A stretch of DNA of 64,000 nt from an uncultured Planctomycetota bacterium (GCA_963823665.1 CAWGMQ010000005.1:832001-896000), one strand, 5' to 3'; counted from the first letter of the stretch, positions 43,089 through 53,040 are shown. The notes: generated by a model from the letters alone, not told the origin. Program-made: numbers and translations.

Positions 43089-43158
43089 TCCCAGGCCCCG
43101 GTATCGAACCGGGCGAGCCGGCTTTATGAGAGCCGGGTGGAACCCTGTCGCGCCTGGG
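43089..43158 (-). tRNA. Second tRNA with CAT anticodon (Met/Ile2)
   Basis: CGGCT-CT-CAT-AA-AGCCG; acceptor CCCAGGC/GCCTGGG. Confidence 0.7.
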
Positions 43159-43176
43159 AATCATCTTCATTTCGAG

Positions 43177-43249
43177 CAGCCCCGGCGGGAATCGAACCCG
43201 CTTTTCCACCTTGAGAGGGTGGCGTCCTGAACCGGTAGACCACGGGGCC
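43177..43249 (-). tRNA. tRNA-Glu(CTC)
   Basis: CCACC-CT-CTC-AA-GGTGG. Confidence 0.9.
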
Positions 43250-43265
43250 AAAAGAAGAACAAGAT

Positions 43266-43351
43266 TGGGTGGTGAAGGAGTTGAACCTCTCGCCTACCGC
43301 CTCACAATTTGAAGGCAACGGCTTTACAGACCGCCGTGAGGAACACCACCC
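43266..43351 (-). tRNA. tRNA-Tyr(GTA)-like, lacking a canonical D-arm
   Basis: GCGGT-CT-GTA-AA-GCCGT; acceptor GGGTGGTG/CACCACCC; long variable region. Confidence 0.7.
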
Positions 43352-43365
43352 GAGAAAGAGTCCGA

Positions 43366-43440
43366 TGGCACGAGTGGGAGTCGAACCCACAGGTCAACAA
43401 GGTTTGAGCTTGTCCGCTTTGCCGGTTTGCGTACCGTGCC
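43366..43440 (-). tRNA. tRNA-Leu(CAA), short variable loop
   Basis: ACAAG-CT-CAA-AC-CTTGT. Confidence 0.8.
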
Positions 43441-43472
43441 GGTTCCATTCGTCGATCAATCAATCAATCAAG

Positions 43473-43547
43473 CGCCCTCGATGGGATTTGAACCCACGAT
43501 CTCCACCTTGACAGGGTGGCGAGCACTCCGGGCTGCTCCGCAAGGGC
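43473..43547 (-). tRNA. tRNA-Asp(GTC)
   Basis: CCACC-CT-GTC-AA-GGTGG; GGTTCAAATCC T-arm. Confidence 0.9.
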
Positions 43548-43992
43548 GTTGAGCTAAATACCTTATTGTCAAAGAGTTTACGGCTTTCCATGAATTCCAC
43601 AGATTGCCATGCTTTACTCCATTTTGTACCCATTTCCTCTGAAAATGGGTACTGAAATGGATACTAGACGACCCCCCTGCCCGCTTCGCTTCGACCGTCA
43701 AACGACAAGGCCCGATGCTTTCGACACCGGGCCATGAGACTGCGCGAGGGATGCAGGACAGGCCGGGCGTCAACAGCGCTGGGGATAGAGCGCGCGGGAA
43801 CTCGCCGAGCGTTCGGCGGACCGCGCCGCCAGCCGATCCAGATCGTTCCGCAAACGCCAGCCGTTCATCTGTGCCTCGCTGTTGGGCCCGTAGGCCGGGC
43901 GGTCATCATCGCGTCATACATCTGAAAGACGCCAACCCCCTCCCGGATGTTCGCGCCCGATTCTGGATTTCTGAAAACGCTCAGACCGGTGC

Positions 43993-44412
43993 CTACGTCC
44001 GCCAGTTGGCCAGCGTGAGCGGATAGCCGAGTTCTTGGATGCGCTGGTAATGTTTCGTGTTGCCGGTGACCAGCTCCAGGCGATGATGCAGGGCAATGGC
44101 GGCAATCATGGGGTCGCAACGGCCTATTGGTCGGCCGATACGATCCAGATCGCCAGCGATCTGTCCGGCCAGGTCAGCGGAGGGTTGATCGAAATTCAAT
44201 ACTTCTTCGCTCGCCACGGCGGTGTGGAAATCTTTCAGCCGCCGGATGCTCTGGTTGTGCTGGAAACCGCGGACGATCTCCATCACGGTGATCACGGACA
44301 GCGTCAACACACCGTTTGCCTGCCGGTACGCGATGGCGTTTTGCGTGACCGTCGGGTTGATGGCTTTCATCACCTCTGAATAGATGTCGGTGTCGAGTAG
44401 TACCCTACTCAC
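43993..44412 (-). CDS. vapC: PIN-domain (VapC) toxin
   Basis: LLDTDI.SE, D.MIAAIA and LVTGNTKHY. Confidence 0.9.
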   Translation of the reverse strand: MSRVLLDTDIYSEVMKAINPTVTQNAIAYRQANGVLTLSVITVMEIVRGFQHNQSIRRLKDFHTAVASEEVLNFDQPSADLAGQIAGDLDRIGRPIGRCDPMIAAIALHHRLELVTGNTKHYQRIQELGYPLTLANWRT

Positions 44413-44668
44413 CAGGGATTTCCCGCCACGGTTCTTCCTGCCGCCGCTTCATGGCATCGGCCACGATCACATCCAACTCGTCGGCAGCTTCCCGCATGGC
44501 GCCAATCGAGCCCATGCCAGCAGAGTTGCGCTGCTGCTGTCCCTGGCCGATCTCGCGGAGCAGCAAACGGGCGGCCTCAGCCATTGCGTCATCGACGGTA
44601 GCGAACCGGCCGTTATGCACCGCTGCCTGGATAGAGCTTTCCAATTCGTGGGGTAGATGGATTGTCAT
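44405..44668 (-). CDS. Antitoxin (ParD/RHH-like) upstream of VapC
   Basis: MTIHLPHELE..I...V..GRF...D.A..EA.RLL; overlaps the toxin start. Confidence 0.75.
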   Translation of the reverse strand: MTIHLPHELESSIQAAVHNGRFATVDDAMAEAARLLLREIGQGQQQRNSAGMGSIGAMREAADELDVIVADAMKRRQEEPWREIPGE

Positions 44669-44808
44669 GCGTGAATGTCTCCTCTAGAATCGACCCTAGC
44701 ACCGTTGCCTCGTTTTGCCAAGCGGTTTCGGCTGGTTAGATAGTCAGGTATCGCGGGCGACTGCGGTTGATCTGCTCGATCCGTCAGGCAGCCATTGCGC
44801 TAGGCAAG

Positions 44809-45066
44809 TTAGTCCGCGGCACTGCGAAGGACGGTATTCGCTTTGGGCGGGCTGTCGAGCAGTTGAAGGAACTGGTCACGGTCGCGGTCGGACAGCGGCG
44901 TTGTCGTTTCCTCAAAGAAACAGATCTCATCCTCCGGTATGACCACGGCTTTACGGATGCGGATCTCCGTTTCGCTCAGTTGGTCGAGGATGACGGTCGC
45001 GTTGGCAAAGCCTTTGGGTAGACATAGCCGGCCTTTCGCGTCGGTTGACCTGGTTTCCATTTCCAT
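44809..45066 (-). CDS. AbrB-like/DUF1778-tail antitoxin (cognate toxin apparently decayed)
   Basis: DAKGRLCLP N-terminus and 'LSDRDRDQFLQLLDSPPKAN..LR' C-terminus. Confidence 0.6.
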   Translation of the reverse strand: MEMETRSTDAKGRLCLPKGFANATVILDQLSETEIRIRKAVVIPEDEICFFEETTTPLSDRDRDQFLQLLDSPPKANTVLRSAAD

Positions 45067-45249
45067 ATTGCCTCGTCTGCGCTTAATTATGTTGATATAT
45101 ACACAATAGCATATAGTGGGCAAGTGGGATTATCCGGTGATATCGCGGTAAGCGGTGTGGCCCAGTTCTTATCCTGAATGCCATTTTTTTCTTGTTGTTC
45201 CTTCCTTGTTCTCGGACGTTCGATACCTTTTGGGAATTGCTTCGCTGAG

Positions 45250-45717
45250 TTATCCACAGGCTGCTTACGTTAAGTAAGTTAATAATAATGTTTAGGTTAA
45301 ACAGTTAGCTGACCAGCATCCAATTGAATCATCATCCGAATCGGGCAATTCATGCGCCTAATAGGCCGAGTGTTTGCGGCCAATAGGCCGCGCTTGGATG
45401 CGCCTAATAGGCCGTGTATGGTGCGCCTAATAGGCCGCACTCATTCATCGACTGGAAAGGTAAAAAAGAGTGTCGTGCTACCTCTTGTGGCGGCCGATAC
45501 ACTGCGCCTGATAGGCCGTGGAAGCGCTTGCAAGGTCTTATCGAGCGCTGTCCACGTTGTAAAGCTTGAAGAATAGGCTAGAAGGGTCGGTTTAGGCTTG
45601 GTTTTTCAATGATATTGCGCCTAATAGGCCGTGTCTGTGTGCCGTTCTCCCTTGCGTTTGCGCCTAATAGGCCGTGTCCTGACATCCTTTTTCCGGGCAA
45701 TTGCGTCTAATAGGCCG
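45250..45717. promoter_or_regulatory. Plasmid-type replication origin: DnaA box, AT-rich stretch, 8 iterons
   Basis: TTATCCACA at 45250; AT-rich 45265-45310; GCGCCTAATAGGCCG or a variant at 45354, 45376, 45400, 45423, 45504, 45617, 45660 and 45703. Confidence 0.85.
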
Positions 45718-45722
45718 TACCG

Positions 45723-46652
45723 CTACCCTGCTACTTCGCTGAATTTAATCGATTTCGAGGTAATGCCGCGGGCAACGCGGCGCCGTGGGTTACGCGGTGT
45801 CTCATACCTGGGGTCGTCGAGCGCGAGCTGGTCACGCTTCAGGAAATGGATGACCTCGTCCCCTTCCTCGTTCTTGTGGATGGCCGACGTATACTCCGGC
45901 AGGGAATCCGCCTCGACGACCTTCCGGACATCAATGGCGAAGTCAGAGATTCGCGAGCTGGAGCCGGATTTCTCGTAAAGCTGGCGCATCGTGAACTGCC
46001 AGCCGCCTTGCTGCTGTCCGGCATGTTTGCGGGCAACACGATAAAGCCAGCGTTCGATACCCCCGGTGAGTAGGAAGTAGTCTTCATGGATGGTCAGAAT
46101 GCCGCCTTTCATGACAATGCCATCGAAGAGCCAGTCTGGTAACGTCAGGGTCACCGCAATGGTTTCTCCGGTTTGCTCATCGGTCACTTCCGTCCAGCTT
46201 TCCAGCCAGTGGAAGGACGCGGCTTTTTTCTTGCCCTCGGCACGGATGTTGGTGCGAACGGCGGTGTGGGTGAGCCGTTCGAGCGCAGCGCGGAGCCGCA
46301 AGTAATGCTCGCCTCCGGTCGCACGACGAATTGATTTTAGGAGATTATGCGGGTGGAACTGGATAACGCGGCTCGGGGTCAGGCCGCGGTCGAGGGCCTC
46401 GGTAATCTGGGTGGATGCCCAGATAAGGATGTCGGCGTCCCAAATCGTCGCGATGCCGAATTTCGGGTTGGCTGAAACCTCCACCCAGACGTCGCCTACG
46501 TTGTACTCGATCGGCGCGAAGCGCGGCTTCTTGGCCAGGCTGAAGAACGGCCGTTCCATCGTGTCCCGCTGGTCGCGGATGGGTATATCCGCGAAATTTG
46601 CGGCGAAAAGGTCGGGTTGATGATCGCCCTTGGGAGGGAGCCGTTTTGCCAT
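45723..46652 (-). CDS. repA: Replication initiator protein A (RPA family)
   Basis: MERPFFSLAKK, G.ATIWDADILIW and YFLLTGGIERWLYRVARKHAG; adjacent to iterons. Confidence 0.9.
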   Translation of the reverse strand: MAKRLPPKGDHQPDLFAANFADIPIRDQRDTMERPFFSLAKKPRFAPIEYNVGDVWVEVSANPKFGIATIWDADILIWASTQITEALDRGLTPSRVIQFHPHNLLKSIRRATGGEHYLRLRAALERLTHTAVRTNIRAEGKKKAASFHWLESWTEVTDEQTGETIAVTLTLPDWLFDGIVMKGGILTIHEDYFLLTGGIERWLYRVARKHAGQQQGGWQFTMRQLYEKSGSSSRISDFAIDVRKVVEADSLPEYTSAIHKNEEGDEVIHFLKRDQLALDDPRYETPRNPRRRVARGITSKSIKFSEVAG

Positions 46653-46952
46653 GAAAATCGTGCCGGTTGCTTCGTTGGGTCGTCTCGCCGGGCACTGCGG
46701 AGCAGAATCTTTTTCCTTAGCGGCACGACAGTGACTCTCAACCGGACATTAGACAAGTAAACATGATGATTCAATTGAAATAACTTATTACCGTGGGGGA
46801 GCATAGGCGAATGGGAACTCGAAGAACGCGAAGCAATTCAGGGAACCCCTCCCCTCGCCTCTTCAGTGGTTTCGGGTTTATTTCAGGTAGTGGTAGGAAC
46901 GAAGCCATGCCTCGACAATCTGCCGTTATACGCGTACGCAAGCATACGGGCG

Positions 46953-47240
46953 TCAGGTGGTGTCGTTATCCAGATCCTTGGTACCGGGCAATCCCCGCTT
47001 GTGAAACACCAGGTCGAGCCCCTCGATGAGGTAATCGTGCATCTTCGCGCGCTCCTCGAAGGCCAGCCGGCGAAGTTGCTCGTAGACGGGAATCTTCAGA
47101 TAGGCTGTCTGCTGCTTTATCCCGGGGCGCTTGCCAGCCTCGGGCTGCACGACGGGCACGGGTGTCGGCGTATCGATCGGTTTGCTCTCATCGACCGCCC
47201 GGGTCATGATCGAGTCAAGCGATGTCCGCTTTTTGCTCAT
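46953..47240 (-). CDS. Small ParG-like (RHH) partition protein
   Basis: Overlaps the parA end; C-terminal 'QTAYL...VYEQLRRLAFEE......L.EGLDL.F...G'. Confidence 0.65.
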   Translation of the reverse strand: MSKKRTSLDSIMTRAVDESKPIDTPTPVPVVQPEAGKRPGIKQQTAYLKIPVYEQLRRLAFEERAKMHDYLIEGLDLVFHKRGLPGTKDLDNDTT

Positions 47241-47862
47241 AGGCCATTTTCTCCATTTTCTTTACGATCCAGCTCCAGAGCTGCGAAATTTCTGCGGCCG
47301 CCTTCCCTTCCGGATCGAATTCCAGCACGCTAAGGCCGCTGCCGTGCGCGTCCTGGTAGGCAGCCCTGGCGACGATGTGAACCGGGCAGACGATGCCCAG
47401 CATTCCAAGCCCGACCGCCGCTTCCCTCAGTCTTTCCCCACGCGGCGGCGTCTGCGTCAGCACGAACACAGCCTCTTTGGAAAGGCGATTGATCGTCGCC
47501 ACTGTAGGTGGCGTCGCCTTCAGATCAACCGGCGTGGGACGGCAAGGAATGATGCAGAAATCAGCGGTGCGAACGGCGGCTGTGGTCGAGGGCTCGTCCC
47601 GGCCGGGCGTGTCAATCATGACGTAATCAAATCCGGCGGTCTTTGCTTTGGCAATCGCATCCGGCAGCGTCCAGGATTCCAGACGTACCAGACGGGGAGT
47701 TTCCGCTTCGCGGTCCTGATACCAGCCTTCGGCGGACGCCTGCGGGTCGAGGTCGAGTATCAACACCTTTTGCTTCCTCTTCTCGGCGGCAACGGCGCAG
47801 TTCACCGCTAGCGTGGTCTTCCCCGCCCCTCCTTTTTGCGTGACAAACGTGATGATGCGCAT
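47215..47862 (-). CDS. parA: ParA family ATPase (type Ib)
   Basis: QKGGAGKTT, DLDPQAS and IDTPG. Confidence 0.92.
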   Translation of the reverse strand: MRIITFVTQKGGAGKTTLAVNCAVAAEKRKQKVLILDLDPQASAEGWYQDREAETPRLVRLESWTLPDAIAKAKTAGFDYVMIDTPGRDEPSTTAAVRTADFCIIPCRPTPVDLKATPPTVATINRLSKEAVFVLTQTPPRGERLREAAVGLGMLGIVCPVHIVARAAYQDAHGSGLSVLEFDPEGKAAAEISQLWSWIVKKMEKMAYEQKADIA

Positions 47863-47899
47863 AGGGTAACCGCCGTGTCCTTCTATCTATCCCCGTCTC

Positions 47900-48255
47900 C
47901 CGTTACGGCCGTACGACGTTAGCATGGCGTACGGTAGTAACAGCAAACAGGCAAGACGGTGCAATAGCATACGCGTGTAAAGTTGTAAACGTATAACTTT
48001 CAAAAGCACACACCGCGTATTGTTATCCGCGTGTTCGGTTATAAACGTGTGCCCGTATGATTGTGTACGTTTGTCACAGCACGCGGGCACAATAGCACCA
48101 TGTTATACGCGTACAACTGCCTAAGCATATAATTGTCAGTAGTGACCACCGTGTATTGTTGTCCGCGTGTTTTGTTATCAACGTGCAACAGCATAATGGC
48201 GTACATCAGTAATGGCATACTGCTACGATGGCATTTCTGTATACGCGTATACTTG
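47900..48255. promoter_or_regulatory. Putative partition centromere/promoter region
   Basis: Low-GC region upstream of parA with recurring ATACGCGT and ATTGTT(A/G)TCCGCGTGTT. Confidence 0.5.
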
Positions 48256-49064
48256 GGTAACCTTGGGTGCCTTTGCTGCTGCCACCCTCCGCTGACCGCT
48301 CTCATACCAGAGGCTCTGCCATCCCTTTTCCAGAGGATACACGTCGTATCCTGGAGCAATCATGCCGGTGTCATGATAGGTTTCCGGGTCGAGTAGGGGG
48401 AATCGCGGCTGGTCGGGCAAGGGGACGGGGCGGCATAGCCGCTTCAGCGACCATCGGGAGCGGGGTTTTGGTCATGGCGAGCCCTTCCTTCTCTCCTTCT
48501 TTTCCCGTTCCCCCGCCGGGGGCGGAGGGGAATAAACACGACATCGCCGCGTACTCGCGGCCACCGCTTAAAACAAACCGGCCATGATTCGGCCCCCAAT
48601 GATACATGGGCCGAAACTGCCCGGAACAAATCATGCACGGAGCGTAGCGACCCACGATCAGGACGCGGATCAGCAGGCGGCATGAACGGCACGAATGCCG
48701 GGCGTGCCGCTTGCCCGTGTCCGACTCCTGGGCAACGGGCCATAGCGCAACTTGGGGTTTTCTGAATATCGCCCCGAAAACCATCATTCCAGAGGTTGGG
48801 TCACGGAAAGAGATTCACGACACGGCCCGCATGAATCACGAAAAGCATTGACGGATGCCGATGGATGTGATTTATCGGCGCGTGTGTAGTCGTTCATAAG
48901 CCCGTCCTTTCTTTCGGGCTTGGGTTATCCGGAGCGGGTGGATGCTTTACTTTGTGGGCATCGCATCCACCGCTCCTTCCTACCGCAACCGCAGAGCAAC
49001 CTCCACAGCGTATATTTGAGGTTTCTTGCATATCCCCGCAAGAACCATCGATCCAGATTCAAGG

Positions 49065-50339
49065 TTAGGCTACCGGGGGTGTCCGCACCACGCGAATTCC
49101 GATTTTCCTTGCCGCAACCTCGGCATCTTCCTCCTTGCGTACGAAATACACCTCGGTGGTGCGGATGTCGGCATGGCCGGCGAATTCCCGCACTTCGTGC
49201 ATGGTGGCGCCATTGCGAATGGCGTCGTTGATTGCCGTCTTGCGTAAGCTATGGATACCGATGCCACGGCTACCCAGCCGCCTGGGGTCGATGCCGGCTG
49301 CCTCGCAATATTTCTTGACCAGCCGCCAGGGCGTCTTGCGGTCGAGGTGCCGCCGCTCCAAACGGAGGCCGTCCGGCGTAATCGGGCGGAAGAGTGGGCC
49401 TTTGCGGTCATCCTTGATGCCTGCGCGCTCCACATAGGCCAGCACCGGCCGCGCTGCGTCGAGCAGGATTTTCCGGCGCTTCTTGCCGCGCTTTTCGGTC
49501 ACGTTGAGGTAATGATCGACGCCGTCGGTCTCCAGATGGCCGACGCATGCGCCCGTCACCGCCGACACCCGGCAGCCGGTGAGGAAGAATAGGCTCATCA
49601 TTGCCAGGTCGCGGATGCCCTGCACGGTATCGGTGGGGATGGCCTCCAGCAGGGCGATGGCCTGCCGCTGGGTCAAGGATGGCGTAGCGTTCTTCTGCAC
49701 GCCGGGGGCTTTGACGGCGGCGATGTCCTGCGCGGTCTCCCACGAGATTAATCGCTTGGCGGCGAGCTGCTCGTAGGCGCCGCGCAGCACCGACAGACGC
49801 CGTGCGACCGTGGCCGGCGTCATGCCGGCCTCGAGCAGGGCGCGCTTGTAGAGCTTGACATTGTCAGCGGTCACGCCTAGGGGTTTCACCCCCTGGGCAT
49901 CCATATGGCGGACGAAATCCAGGAAGTCGCGGCCATAGGCTTTGACTGAGTGGTTTGAAAGCAGTGAATCGCAAATCCACGGAACGAGCGCCGCCGTCAT
50001 TTTGTCGGCGTCGTTCCCGCTGGCCTTGAGGGCACGGGTCAGGAAGGCTCCGACTTTATCCGCGGCTGGCGCATCGCCTTCGAGAAAATCGCTGCGCTCG
50101 GGGACGAGGGGAGGGGCGGCTTGCAGGGCCTGCCCTGCACTTGTTGCGGGGGCCGGAAGCTGGGAATCGATGATGCCTGCACCGGTATTTGTCGCTGCCG
50201 GTAGCTCAGGGCTCAGCGGACCCGCCGCGCCGGCCTGTCCGCCGAAGCCTTGGCAAAGGAGGAAGCCCTTGGGCGAAGGCGGATGCCATTGATCGGGGAA
50301 AATAACTTTGGAGTCGGTGTCGGTGGGCGGTTTAAACAT
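49065..50339 (-). CDS. Tyrosine recombinase (XerC/D-like)
   Basis: TGCRVS, HSLRKT and AGHADIRTTEVY catalytic motifs; start uncertain. Confidence 0.88.
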   Translation of the reverse strand: MFKPPTDTDSKVIFPDQWHPPSPKGFLLCQGFGGQAGAAGPLSPELPAATNTGAGIIDSQLPAPATSAGQALQAAPPLVPERSDFLEGDAPAADKVGAFLTRALKASGNDADKMTAALVPWICDSLLSNHSVKAYGRDFLDFVRHMDAQGVKPLGVTADNVKLYKRALLEAGMTPATVARRLSVLRGAYEQLAAKRLISWETAQDIAAVKAPGVQKNATPSLTQRQAIALLEAIPTDTVQGIRDLAMMSLFFLTGCRVSAVTGACVGHLETDGVDHYLNVTEKRGKKRRKILLDAARPVLAYVERAGIKDDRKGPLFRPITPDGLRLERRHLDRKTPWRLVKKYCEAAGIDPRRLGSRGIGIHSLRKTAINDAIRNGATMHEVREFAGHADIRTTEVYFVRKEEDAEVAARKIGIRVVRTPPVA

Positions 50340-50364
50340 ACGCGTTACTCCATATGTTGTCCTG

Positions 50365-50796
50365 CTATTGCGGCCGTGCCGTTGCCTGCAATTCGACGAA
50401 AGGGAATGTCGACACCGCGCGGGCGTGGAAGGTTGGGTCGGCAGTGACCAGACGGGTGGCGCCGGTTTCGACTGCCGCCGCCAGGTAGAGGCAGTCCTGG
50501 AAAGCATGCCGGATCTGGAAGGCAATCGCCCGGGCAGGGAAGATAAGGGCTTCGTCAGGTATGACCCGGAGCGCCTTGGCGGTAAGGTCTGCGTCCCAAA
50601 GGTCGCAGGCTTCTTTCGCCCGTTCGATGGAGAGCTTCTTTTCACGGTAGCGGCGGAGGATCGCGCCGTTGACCTCTATCTGCACCAGGGCGGGAGCAAT
50701 CAGGACGGAGGCGGACGTCAAAAGTGCGGCTGCTTCTTCGGACCCCGGCTCGTTGAGATACCACTTGGCGGCGATGCTGGCGTCGACGACAATCAT
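50365..50796 (-). CDS. vapC: PIN-domain (VapC) toxin
   Basis: IVVDASIAAKWYLNE, DCLYLAAA and LVTAD. Confidence 0.9.
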   Translation of the reverse strand: MIVVDASIAAKWYLNEPGSEEAAALLTSASVLIAPALVQIEVNGAILRRYREKKLSIERAKEACDLWDADLTAKALRVIPDEALIFPARAIAFQIRHAFQDCLYLAAAVETGATRLVTADPTFHARAVSTFPFVELQATARPQ

Positions 50797-51035
50797 CCGC
50801 GCGCGTCCCGGTCCTCGCGGATCGACGCGGCGCTGTCAGGCAGCAGCCCGTGTTCCTGGGCTATGGCGTGCCGGAGGCGGGCGGCGCGGTCAGCCATCTC
50901 CTGCCTCGGCTTCAGGGCCAGTTCCCGGAGCCGCTCGCGCAGCTCGGCTTCCAGGGAGCGTCCGTGCGACTTAGCCTGCGCCTTTAGCTCGACGATGACC
51001 CATTCGTCCATGTTTCGGACTCGGAGTTCAGACAT
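50793..51035 (-). CDS. FitA-like RHH antitoxin
   Basis: LRVRNMDE....LK.QAKSHGRSLEAELR. Confidence 0.85.
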   Translation of the reverse strand: MSELRVRNMDEWVIVELKAQAKSHGRSLEAELRERLRELALKPRQEMADRAARLRHAIAQEHGLLPDSAASIREDRDARG

Positions 51036-51370
51036 GACACCTCTCAGAATCTGCTACTTTGTCTCCAGTATGCCTATAACATTTACTTATGTCAATATTC
51101 GAGTTTGTGGAGATTCACGTTACTTTGGACATCTAACCATGGGGCATTGCTGGAAAAGAGGTTGGAACATAAAGCAGATTATGTTCCTATCATTTTTTGA
51201 AGCGATGTGCAAGATTTTTCGGCGGGGGAAGGGGTAAACCCAACATTTCAACCACCAGCCGCAAAGTAAACTTCTAAGCCATTCAACTTTATGACAATGA
51301 TGGTCAGTTTTTCGTGGAATGCGAAAAATCGTAAGCGTCCGATTATAATCTGACGCTTACTTTGAGTTGC

Positions 51371-52330
51371 TTAGGGCTTCTCTCGTAGCGTCGTCGTCGA
51401 AGCATCATCTTTCTCACGCTCACGCAGCGATACCTGCACGAAAGGAGTGACGATCCGCCCGATCCATAGGGGGCCGGCCAGCTCCTCGACACTGAGAAAC
51501 TCGTCACGGTTTTCGTAAACAATGCGGACCTTATAAAGACCGGGCTTCAGGTTGTCGTAGTACCGCGCCGGAGACCCGGATGCGTGCCACGACCTGAACA
51601 TAAGGGTGCGATCCTCCAGCGTGGGCCAGAAGAGGTCGGCCCGGATTGGGAATGTAACGCTCTCTCCGGGCATGACCAAAGGAACATCGGCCGCTGTTGG
51701 CAGACGATGACGCATCGTGACCAGTTGTCCTTCCCACTGGTGTGCTTCTTTGCTGTCCGCCGTCCAAATATCCACCAGGAGGGCGTCGTAGCCGTTGAAA
51801 CGGGAAGATTTGTCGGTGAGGCTACCGTAGCCATTGAAACGGAAGGATTTGTTGGAATTGTTGGTAATCTTCAAGCCCAACTTGATCGAGGAACTGAAGC
51901 CGGGCTTGTTCTCCGGTATAGACCAAACCCGCTCCGGCAGGACGATCTCAAAAGCCAGGCCGTCCTTCTTCACTGTAAGGTCCTCATTATTTGCCACTAG
52001 CGGCGTGCATACCCGTATGTCGCAAGTTCCATCCGGTCTTGTTCCCTTGCAACCTACACTTGTTTTCTGGAACTGGCATTTTACTGCAACCGGCATGCGA
52101 TTCTGTGGATCGCACTCAATTTTATGTGGCCGCGCGAGGTATTGGTCTGCCTGAGGTCTATGGCTCTTATTTTCCAGTAACCATTCGCAGTTGTTGCCTG
52201 CAATGACACAATCGTCATCGCTCTGACAATAGGACCATCCGGGCCATTCGGGGGCCTCCGCCGAGAGCGCAGCCATCGGCAGGGCCAGCGCTGTCAAAAT
52301 CAGGAGACGACAAAGCGAACGTAGTATCAT
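51371..52330 (-). CDS. Secreted Cys-rich hypothetical protein (Tn3 cargo)
   Basis: Signal peptide, CQSDDDCV motif, beta-rich C-terminal domain; overlaps the resolvase stop. Confidence 0.7.
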   Translation of the reverse strand: MILRSLCRLLILTALALPMAALSAEAPEWPGWSYCQSDDDCVIAGNNCEWLLENKSHRPQADQYLARPHKIECDPQNRMPVAVKCQFQKTSVGCKGTRPDGTCDIRVCTPLVANNEDLTVKKDGLAFEIVLPERVWSIPENKPGFSSSIKLGLKITNNSNKSFRFNGYGSLTDKSSRFNGYDALLVDIWTADSKEAHQWEGQLVTMRHRLPTAADVPLVMPGESVTFPIRADLFWPTLEDRTLMFRSWHASGSPARYYDNLKPGLYKVRIVYENRDEFLSVEELAGPLWIGRIVTPFVQVSLREREKDDASTTTLREKP

Positions 52331-52887
52331 GCTGCCTTCCTCTCGGCGATAACGCGGTAGAGGGTTGACCGCCCGATCCCGAGCTGGCGGGCGGCGCGGG
52401 TTGGCGGAAGCCCGGCTTCGATCAGGGCCAGAGCCGAGCTGATCGTCTCTTCTTCGAGTTGTGGACGGCCAGGTCGTCTGCCCTTGGCGGCGGCGGCATG
52501 CAGGCCATCACGTGTCCGCTCGGCAATCAGCCGACGCTCAAAGTGAGCGATGGCGCCGAAGACATGGAATACCAGTTCTCCGGCGGCGGAGGTGGTGTCG
52601 ATGCGTTCTTCCAGGGACAAGAGGGCAATGCCCCGTTGCTTGAGCATCTCGACGGTTTCGAGCAATTCCCGCAATGACCGGCCGAGCCGGTCGAGCCTCA
52701 CGACACACAGCACGTCACCGTTGCGAGCATAATCAAGCAGGGTGGTCAGTCCTGGACGCTCGAAGGTGCGGCCGCTGATGACGTCGTCGAAGATGCGTAT
52801 TGCCCCGGCAGCCGTCAGCCGATGGCGTTGCCCGTCCAGGTCCTGATCCGTTGTCGATACCCGTGCGTAACCCAAAATGTCTGTCAT
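52327..52887 (-). CDS. tnpR: Serine resolvase
   Basis: GYARVSTTDQ, RLDRLGRS and C-terminal HTH. Confidence 0.92.
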   Translation of the reverse strand: MTDILGYARVSTTDQDLDGQRHRLTAAGAIRIFDDVISGRTFERPGLTTLLDYARNGDVLCVVRLDRLGRSLRELLETVEMLKQRGIALLSLEERIDTTSAAGELVFHVFGAIAHFERRLIAERTRDGLHAAAAKGRRPGRPQLEEETISSALALIEAGLPPTRAARQLGIGRSTLYRVIAERKAA

Positions 52888-52889
52888 CG

Positions 52890-53040
52890 GTTCCTTCCGT
52901 CTCTTAAACGGTCGTTTTGGGGACGGCTGGACGAATGGTCGCTTCGCCCCTCCAAACCCGTCCCAAAAATATATCCATTTATTCACTTGCGTCCATTTAT
53001 ATTTTGCTCCTTTATGGGACGGATAATCTTGGAGGCCACC
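52890..53040. promoter_or_regulatory. Putative res site with divergent tnpR/tnpA promoters
   Basis: AT-rich gap with imperfect inverted repeats (TTTTGGGGACGG / CCGTCCCAAAA / TATGGGACGG). Confidence 0.6.

Noticed and set aside
42290..43773. ORFs overlapping the tRNA block
   Set aside because: The region is fully explained by tRNA genes
45354..45717. Possible CRISPR array or mini-array
   Set aside because: 15-bp repeats with irregular spacing next to repA, a DnaA box and an AT-rich tract fit iterons
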